From: Fimicolochytrium jonesii
Lineage: Eukaryota
Direction of reading: 5' to 3'
DNA length: 64,000 nt
Assembly (NCBI RefSeq): GCF_025526975.1
Contig: NW_026515690.1
Location: forward strand, 434,001-498,000
In this document: positions 53,069 through 61,256 of the stretch, one piece after another
Numbering within the stretch: the stretch's first letter is position 1
Layout of the letters: every line of letters begins with the position of its first letter
The notes under the pieces: generated by a model
Databases searched by the model: none
What the model was told of the DNA's origin: nothing
The model's input: the letters and a program-made list of their open reading frames with translations, nothing else
Position numbers and translations under genes: made by a program

Positions 53069-54296
53069 TCAGGCAAGCGCGGGCGAGTCATAAATCGTGG
53101 ATGACGAGGTTCTCCTCACCCGACTAAGTTCCAACTTCCTCTCTATCTCCCGTTCATCCTCCCATCCTTCTAGTTCTAAACTCTCGCCAAAAGTCTCATA
53201 TCCTACACCGTCTTCGTCCGTGTCCTCAAACAAGTCTTTGCTCTCTCCAGCTGCTCTGACGTTGTGCAGCACTGCTTGTTTGAACTGCTCCATGACCACG
53301 TCCCGATGGGGGAATAAGTCCCTATAAAAAGAAGGCGGCTTATGGCGGTCGTTTAGCATGGGTACGATAATCTCGCTCCCATGGACAAGATCCGCCATGG
53401 GCCTGAAAGCGTGTACAAAAAACTGCTGAAGAATGACGCTCAGCGGAAGACAAGTGAAAGCCCGTGCAAACAACTCGGAAAATACCTTCTCTCCCTTGGC
53501 ATAAATGGAAAACCGAAATGCATCAAAGTTCTCATGGAGATCCGCACGAAGCATGATACCATTACGAACGTCCATCGATGGCGAATAGCGCGACGCAACC
53601 ACAGGGACACCTGCCTGCAAACTCCAGTCGGAACGTTCCGCAAACTGCCGTGAATTGAATTTCAGCACAAAAAATAAGGAAACATACAAAACACACAGCA
53701 AAACATACCCATTCTTCTCCGTACTCAGGAGTCAAAATATGGGCACATTTCAGCGAGTCATCCGTGGTCTCCCCCGATACCACGCATACTTGATCTCTAC
53801 GATGGCACCAGGACCTCATTGCGCCTTGTAGCCCCTGCCGCAATTGCGCGGAGGTCACTGTGTTTACGACCCTGTTGACTTCTTCGGCCGTCGGAGGGTT
53901 AGCCGCAGCAGCGGTTGGAGAATTGGTGGGCGAGCCCCTGGAAGAGGTTTTTCTGGCTTTCCGGAGTGGGGAGCTTTCACCCGATTGTGGCCGGGAGCGG
54001 GACCGCAACATCCGAGAGTCCCCTTTGCGAAGCTCCCCCCTTTCCACATCCAATTGGATTTCGCCAGGTGCGTGAAGTATTATGGTACTTCCTCGGGCCG
54101 GAAACAATTCTGGACCGTACGCAAGACACTGTCCATCGGTGCAGACAACAGACAACGCAAACGGAACATGCTCGAGGTTGGGCAAAACGATACTGGTTAT
54201 TTCCTTCAAAAGGTCAGCTGGTGGGGCAATGACGAAGGGAAAACTGAAAATGGGACGCTTGGCGACGTCCCGAATCGTTAAGAAGGAAGAAGCCAT
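53069..54296 (-). CDS. HNH_2-type endonuclease domain protein (fungal, CRN/CR-effector-like), 3 exons
   Basis: RDQVCVVSG..CAHI..DVRNGIMLRADLHENFDAFRFSI..P..EQFKQAVLHNVRAAGE. Confidence 0.85.
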
Positions 54297-54753
54297 TGGT
54301 GTCGCAAGCGGGGGCTGGTGGGTGGTGAACGGGGCGTCAGAAGAGGTCTGGGCTTGAATTTTGGAGAAGAACGAAAAGCTGGAGGGAGAAGAAAGCTGAA
54401 GAAAGACACGGTCACTTGAAACCCGACTTGAAACCGTATGAAGGCTATTGAGGCTTTTGCACTTTTTGCAGGGGCATTGCCAACGAATCGACCCCACCAT
54501 CTCAGTTTCACCCAGAGTTTCACCTCCGGGTTTCTGTGGACCTTGCAATCAGATTCGCAAACGTTCCAGCCGCCAACACATCATCAGTACAGTACGAAAC
54601 CATCATCAGTACAGTATGTATGTAGGTGTTTCAAAGCCCCAATTACAGTCCCACCCCGGTCCATCCGCTCGCCCCTCTCATCCAGTCCGCCTTCAAATGA
54701 CAGCCGGAAAACACTCCTAACCCCATCCAGATTCCCCCGTCGAAATCCCAAAC

Positions 54754-55131
54754 ATGATTCGGTCCTCCATAACCTCAGCGTTATTCCTAACAACCCTGGG
54801 TGTCTTGAACCTCTGGGACCCAACCATCTACATTTCAATGTACGATATCTACCTGGAAAGAGGAAATATCGCCGGCAAATCCGAAATCCGCGCCGCACTC
54901 GGCGGCCTCCTTATCGGTCTCGGGTTCGCACTGTACAAGGCGCAGACGTGGGATCGGGTTCGCGACGGGGTGGTGTATACTGTGATGTGTGTCGCGCTCG
55001 GGTCGGTGATGGGAAGGCTTTTGAATGTGGTGGTTGAGGGGGAGGTCGGCGGCTGGGTGAATGTTTTGGCGACGGTGTTTGAAGTTTACACTGCCCGGGG
55101 GTTGTATCTGGAGTTTATACGGACAGGGTGA
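54754..55131 (+). CDS. DUF4345-like small 4-TM protein, intronless
   Basis: SEIRAALGGLLIGLG and GRLLNVVVEG resemble the DUF4345 motifs (E.R..GG...G; GR.....DG). Confidence 0.65.
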   Translation: MIRSSITSALFLTTLGVLNLWDPTIYISMYDIYLERGNIAGKSEIRAALGGLLIGLGFALYKAQTWDRVRDGVVYTVMCVALGSVMGRLLNVVVEGEVGGWVNVLATVFEVYTARGLYLEFIRTG

Positions 55132-56035
55132 AAACAGGAATAACCTCAAGCACCAATCCCCCAATCGTTCGTAGACTATTCCTCAAAGGTTTTCACATCC
55201 CATCGGTCGAAAACGACTTCTGTCACCCTTCACATCAGATGGGCCTGACGAAACGCTCGATCAGCATTGAACTCCACCTGTAACTCTGATTGATATCAGA
55301 TTAAGGGTGATGGATGCGGACTTCGAAAGTCAATAGTAGCAGAAGCATGAGCAGTTTGGCACGGTCAATCTTAAGAGAATAACAATCGATCTCATCTCGT
55401 TCATTTAGGACTGTGGTGACGTCTATGCTGGCGCTTTAATCCTCCATGATGTCTTCCACTCCGGCATGTTTGGTTCAGCATTTCGGGACTCCCCCGCTCA
55501 TCGCATTCCAGATGGGCCATCTCTACTTGTTGAATGAAGCCGACTGATTTGAGAACGATGAGAGGAGTAATACACATCAGGGAGCTTCACCGTTGACAAG
55601 CATCACCTCTTTTTTCTCAACCACTGGCGCAACAGCTGCCACCCTGTTTGGATCATTTCCTTCGTGAAGATCCCTGCCTGGTATGTGTCCATAGCATGGG
55701 ATGGGGCAAATGCCACACGAAATTCTCAGCCATCTGAGGTGGGAGCAGCAAGGTCAATCATTCTGATCCCCCACGAGCAACTCTCGAGCGATCGTTTCCG
55801 AAATTCGTTGTTAGATGCGGTCCCTTCTCGTTGCGTGGAGGCCCGCCAGCCCGCACATCACGCTGACTGGCCCAAGATCCGCTCTACCTCTAATTGGGTA
55901 ATCCAAATCGATTCTCGGTCGTTGAGAGTAGACCTCAACTATAACAGCGCGCAGCTCGTAATCGTGGAGAAGGGCAATACCTCCCAGAACTGCCGTCTTT
56001 GGCGGACATTATGATGTGATGAAATTGACGCATTC

Positions 56036-56452
56036 TGTGAAAGTGATCAGGCTGACGGCGCACAAGGAGATGGGGAGATGCAAGGGAAGATTAGTACTTG
56101 TGCGCGCGTGACCAGGCGTGATCAGTAGTAGGATAGAGACACACCCCCTTCCCCCCCACTATAAAAAGGACGACACTGGCGTAGATTGCTTGGGGAGCAT
56201 CTTGCCGGCTACAGACTAGACCCTAAGTTTGTACCATAAGTGCCCAATTGACCCAACAGACTAGCGTACCTACGCCTAGCAGTCCAGGGTTGCCAATATA
56301 CGGAGTACGCCCAAGCGTGTCTACTTGTGTGGTGAGAATAGGGATTTAGTTGGTCTCTACCTTTTACCTTGCACTCTCCACGAGTAGATTACCTCCACCC
56401 GCGAACAACCCGATTTAGGACCTATCCCAGGGAATAATCGACCACTTTCACA
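56036..56452 (+). repeat. 5' long terminal repeat (417 bp, single copy in window)
   Basis: TG...CA ends with perfect 10-bp inverted termini TGTGAAAGTG / CACTTTCACA; internal TATAAAAA at 56160-56167; PBS-like sequence directly follows. Confidence 0.8.
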
Positions 56453-56455
56453 TTT

Positions 56456-56476
56456 TGCGGCAGCAAGAGGATTTGA
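56456..56476 (+). promoter_or_regulatory. Putative tRNA primer-binding site
   Basis: TGCGGCAGCAAGAGGATTTGA, 3 nt after the LTR; its reverse complement TCAAATCCTCTTGCTGCCGCA looks like a tRNA T-loop plus acceptor 3' end (one base short of CCA). Confidence 0.6.
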
Positions 56477-56492
56477 GCGAGCCCACTGGAAG

Positions 56493-57735
56493 TTGAAGAA
56501 TGACATCTCGGCGAGATTCAAAGGCAAGCCGGGCGTGGATGCATACGCATTCCTGGAGAGGCTGAGACAAGAAGCTCAAAGGGCCGTAGACCAAAGTACT
56601 TCGAAAATCTCGACGACATGGTGCCCAAGTTTGGTCCCCTCTTCAAGGATGGAGCGAAGAAATGGGGGAGCAGCCTGTCGTCGACCAAGATTCCATTTGA
56701 GCAATTCAAGGAACAATTCATGGCTCAATACGACGAGAACATACCCCCTATCTACCGCTCGGCGAAAGTAGCCAGTATGAAGAAGCTCAAGAAGGAAACG
56801 TCGCGCGACTTTGCTATTCGGATCAAGGAAGCCAATTCCCGTCTTGGCACCAACCCCCTAGACCTAGGCCAGCCCAAGTATGCCTTCTATCAAGATCACA
56901 AGCCTCGCGAGCAAGACAAGATTGAGGAAGTCAAGATCGGGGGCAAGGACTGGTACGACGGGGCGGTGACCTTCGACCAATTTGCGGAAGAAGCGTACCA
57001 AAGAATCGACAAGAAATGGTTACGAAGCCGGCGCCGCGCCTGTAGCTTCTCCTCATCCTCCTCGGACTCGGAGTCGAGCTCTAGTGGCTCCTCCTCTGCT
57101 TCTTCCTCAGAAGAATAACACAGCCGTCGTTGCCGGAACAAGAAAACAACATGAGGTTCCGGCCCCAGCGACGAGGATCCCCGTCGCCCATTCTGAAGAC
57201 GGCCGTCCAAATTGCCCCGCCAAGTCCCATGCCTACCACCGACATCGAGAAGCTAGCTAAACAGGCGGCGGAGAAGGAGATAACCAAGTTCAAAGAGGAA
57301 CTCCGCTTGACCGGTAGCTGACGCGGACAAATGGGACGGGCCGTACACTTGACGGAATTCGACGACGACCGGGGTGATTACTCCGGTTACAAGGCGTACA
57401 TGATGGACCAACGACAAGGTCCATACCCCCGTCAGCCGTACCCGCGCAAGGATTACGGCCAGCAGAGGCAGAACGACCTCAGTACGCAAGTACAGGAAGT
57501 TGTCAAGAAAGCGGTTGTCAAAATTGCCGCGCAAATGGCCAAAGTGCAGATTAACAATGGCCAGTCCTCGGGAGGACCACCAAGGATTGGAGACGGAAAG
57601 TGTTACGCCTGCGGAGGCGACCACTTCAAGGATGATGTGGACCGCGAGACGGGGAGACCAGTATGCCCCAAGAAACAAAGCCCTGAGGCAGGAAATGCCA
57701 ATGCTGAGAAGCGGCATTTTCCCCGCCAGGGCTAG
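56493..57735 (+). pseudogene. Retrotransposon gag (frameshifted, with stops)
   Basis: RFKGKPGVDAYAFLERL, AKKW..FEQFKEQFMAQY, KKETSRDFAIRI (retrotrans_gag-like), Ser-rich tract, Zn-knuckle-like CYACGGDH..C; lesions at ~56594, 57116 and 57319. Confidence 0.8.
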
Positions 57736-60113
57736 GAGCTGAGAGCCTCCTAGTCTTGGAACCAACGGCTCTTGAGCAGGAAGACCCCGGAGAATCGCTG
57801 CCTCAAGACCAGGATGAAAGCCTGACCTTTCCTGCTCGGTCACCATCAGAACCGAGAAGAGGCAGTGATTCCGACTCCAAAAGCGACTGGGGGACGCGCG
57901 GAGGAATAACGACAGCTGACGAATTGTTACAACCCCAACACCTGTCCAAGTCGGGAGAAGAAAAACCCGACTCGGAGGACCCTGACCAAACACGCTACCC
58001 GTCTCCGCCACCCGAAAAGGAACTCTACTTGATCAACCTGGTTGACAAGAACGATTGGCAATTGCACCCGGACATCTTCCAGCAACTCGATGACGGACCC
58101 TGGGGAGGCCCACACAGCCACACCGTGGACTTCTTCGCCACGATGCAGAACGCTCAAGTTCCAAGGTACTGCTCGGTCGACCAGAAGGACATCAATGCAA
58201 TTGCCCATGACGCCTTCAAGATTCGCTGGGACGCTGAGAATGGCTGGGCCAATCCCCCTTGGCTTGCCATTCAACAAGTGCTCGACAAGGTCGTCACGGA
58301 CGGAGCGACCATTACGCTGATTACCCCCGTATGGCGAGAAGCTCCGTGGTACCTTCAGCTCCTCACGCTCCTCATTGACTATCCAAAACTGCTGAACCAC
58401 GAACGAGACCTCTTCGCCAAGGGCGGCTTCAGTGAACAAGATGAAGGTGTTTACGGGCTCCCACCCTGGGAACACACCGCGGCATGGAGAATCTCCAGTG
58501 ACTCTGCTGCCATTCACCACTTCCGAGACCGGTTGCGCCAAGCTTGGACTTTCAAGACCGGCCCCCGCCATGTCAAGCGCCTGCCATTCCAAGACTGCTA
58601 CGCAGGGACTCTGTCCTTTCTACGCATTCCGTTCCGGACAATCCTCTCCATCCGTCGGCGCCCACCAGCGACAGCGGACAAAAAAGGGGAGGAGGACGCC
58701 AAGGCGGTGGCAATTGACACGGCCATATTGGAAGCACACGAGAAGGGTGCACTGGAAGAGATAATGCTTCTGGAGAAGACGGTCAAGCCACGGAAACGCA
58801 AGGCATTGAAGAGAGAATTCCTCGACAGCCTTGTCTGGAAACAAGTCGGAACGGACGAGTACGATCCCAAGGCGCAATTCTTCCTGAAAGACTTGACGAT
58901 AGTCACGGGAGAATTGCTGAGCAAGGCAAGACGGTACCTCGACGTCCGAGAAAAGTACAAGATCACCGCGCATCCTGGGGACGACCTACCCACCCAGGAC
59001 ACGTGGATTGCTCCGGTGGCTGGAAATGAAGAAAGATTCCACGCCTGGAAAGAAGCCCAAGAGCTGTACCTCACGCACGACCGCATGGTCATTCCTCCCG
59101 ATGAAGGAAAAGAGGACACCCTCCTTGATTCCCTTCATGCCCACGTTGAAAAGGACACGACAAGTAGTCCTGACCTACGCAAGATGTACACCATTGCGCA
59201 AATCTACGGGAAGATTGAGGACACGCCTCTCGATGAGCTCGTTGTCGACACTGCAGCGAGTCTCAACGGCATGGACGCTACGTTCTACATGATGCTGAAG
59301 ACCAAGCACGGCTCGAAGATCAAGGCCACCAAGTACGAGCGCAAGCTGTCGGGAATTGGCGAAGGCCGTTCAATAGGCCACCTTGAATTGAGAGTCAAGC
59401 CCGGCGTCAATGGAAGGCACAGTTACAAGTTGAAGTTCAACATCATACCCAACTTGTGACGACCAATGCTTATCGGCATCCCAGGGCTCGACGCAATGGG
59501 GGCAGTCATGGACATGGAGAAGAGATCATTCGCCTTCCGACTACCGACCGAAGAGCAAATGACCACGCCCATGAAGATAACGCTAGAAGACCATCCCCTT
59601 CACACCCACCTCCCGACGGTCGCTCCGCTAGGGCCATCACGCTACAACGTAGTCATCAAGCAAGACCGAGTGGTGTTGAAGCCAATGGCGGTGACGCACG
59701 TACGGGTCGGCGGAACGAACCAAGGAATCCCCGGAACGACATACCTCGTCGAAGGCAACAAGGCGTTAGGCGAGTCAGGCATATGGTGTGCGAACCAACT
59801 CGGAAAGGCCGACGAGAACGGAGAATGGCTGTACCCAGTCGCGAATCTCACGCCCAGGAAGCGCATCCTTCGGAAGAATCATGTTGTCGGAACGACCGTG
59901 CATCTCCCCATCGACGTCCTAGAGAATGTTGTTGAGTTCCTCCCGCCGCTGCAACGTATTCGGGTGGCGATCGGCCTTCGCTTGATATACCTACGTAACA
60001 AGACCCTTCCGCTACGCTTTCTGGAACGGCAACACAATGGCACAACCGACCCTCATCAATCCCTCAACTGCAACAAAAGCCATAGCGGTGCGTTATACCC
60101 TCAGCATCCCTGA
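57708..60113 (+). pseudogene. pol 5' part: N6-adenine DNA methyltransferase (58053-58497), retropepsin (~59190-59540) and dUTPase-like region; one in-frame TGA at 59457
   Basis: MT: DWQLHP..VDFFA..NAQVPRYCS..DAF..W..WANPPW..VLDKV..LITPVW..PWY. PR: VVDTAAS..LSGIG..LIGIPGLDAMGAVMD. dUTPase-like: VLKP..THV..VANLT..LRKNHVVG. Confidence 0.85.
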
Positions 60114-60169
60114 CGCAAGCTTCGTCAAAAGGGCAAATAGATCTTTTGGACGTTTGGAGAAACACACCG

Positions 60170-60397
60170 ACGCATCCGCGAACGATCATGTCGCCGTCCT
60201 CCAGTGGTGGGCAACCGAGGGCGTTGCAAACGGCTTGGAGTGCAAATACAACCTTCGCAGCCGAGCAAGGGCATGTCGCGGTCCTTCAGTGGTGGGCAAC
60301 GGAGGGCGTCGCGAACGGGTTAGAGTGTCGGTATGATCCGTCAGACATAATGCTGCTAGCTTCCAACTACGATCAAGTGGACATAGTTGGAAGCTAG
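60170..60397 (+). pseudogene. Ankyrin-like repeat fragment
   Basis: Two copies of HVAVLQWWATEGVANGLEC in different frames (~60188-60243 and ~60272-60329). Confidence 0.65.
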
Positions 60398-61256
60398 CGG
60401 CATCCGGCCCGGTCCTCCTACCCAGGCCGGTGGGAGGAATATACACTTGACCGGGGAGGGGCAAGGACAATCAAGAGGGGTGGCAATGATTTGTGCACAC
60501 TTCCAGGATATGAGTACGTGAATTGTTTTCTTATAGAGAGATGTACAACAGTAATACACTGACCAGTAATGGTTCTACTCTTCATCGGCTACTTCCAATT
60601 AAAGCACAAGAAAACCCGTGGCCGGGAAACCCTTCAGGGTCCACCACGACCACCTGCTCGTAAACGTCTTCCCAGGCTCCTCAGTTTTGAATTGTAAGCA
60701 GGGTGGGAGTGAGCGAGAGAAGCAAGTGAAGGATTATGGAAGTAGCCGTTCATCATATGCTCGGCCTAATCATGCCAGTTTGAAGGGGAGACTTAGGGGC
60801 CTCTTTCCTCGTGCGGAACTGAAAGCGGCGCCTAGTCATACCCTCTTAAAAAGGACCTCCAACTTTCGGCCATGTGGACTTCTACCTCATTATTAGTTAC
60901 TCATGTCAATTTTAAAAGCCCGCACCTCATAATAAGGTGAGAAGGTCGGACTTGGGTTACACGCGTAGGTGTTTATTTGTCGCGTCACGATATGAATTCG
61001 ACTGTGGAAAAGGATACTGTACGTACTACATATACAGTACGAGTTGGTATGGGAGCCGACTCTGCGGCTCTGCGGGCAAAGGTCTTTCGGCCGCAGCGCC
61101 CTATCACACAACTTGCCACTAAACATAAGTTCAGGTTCTGCCGCCGCGGGCGATGGCTCATAATCTCTTTGCAATGCCGCTAGGTGCATGGCCTAGATCT
61201 ACGTTACTCTCTCTCCCACCCCAGTGTGCGGGCACCTCCGCTCGGTGCAACAAACG

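Larger units (their letters stand above)
56036..59950 (+). mobile_element. Degenerate, 3'-truncated Ty3/gypsy-like LTR retrotransposon carrying an adenine methyltransferase domain
   Basis: Order is 5' LTR, PBS, gag with Zn knuckle, then MT, aspartic protease and dUTPase-like region. No RT, RNase H, integrase or second LTR is visible. Confidence 0.85.

Noticed and set aside
56456..56476. tRNA gene on the minus strand
   Set aside because: Only the 3' ~21 nt are tRNA-like and there is no cloverleaf; better explained as a PBS.
53069..58497. HNH nuclease plus adenine MTase as a eukaryotic restriction-modification pair
   Set aside because: The MT lies inside a retroelement and the HNH gene is a separate intron-containing gene outside the LTR. 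Proximity alone is not evidence.
56036..59950. Calling the element a DIRS/Ngaro retrotransposon because of the MT domain
   Set aside because: It has a TG..CA LTR, a tRNA-like PBS and an aspartic protease, and the MT precedes the protease. No tyrosine recombinase is visible.
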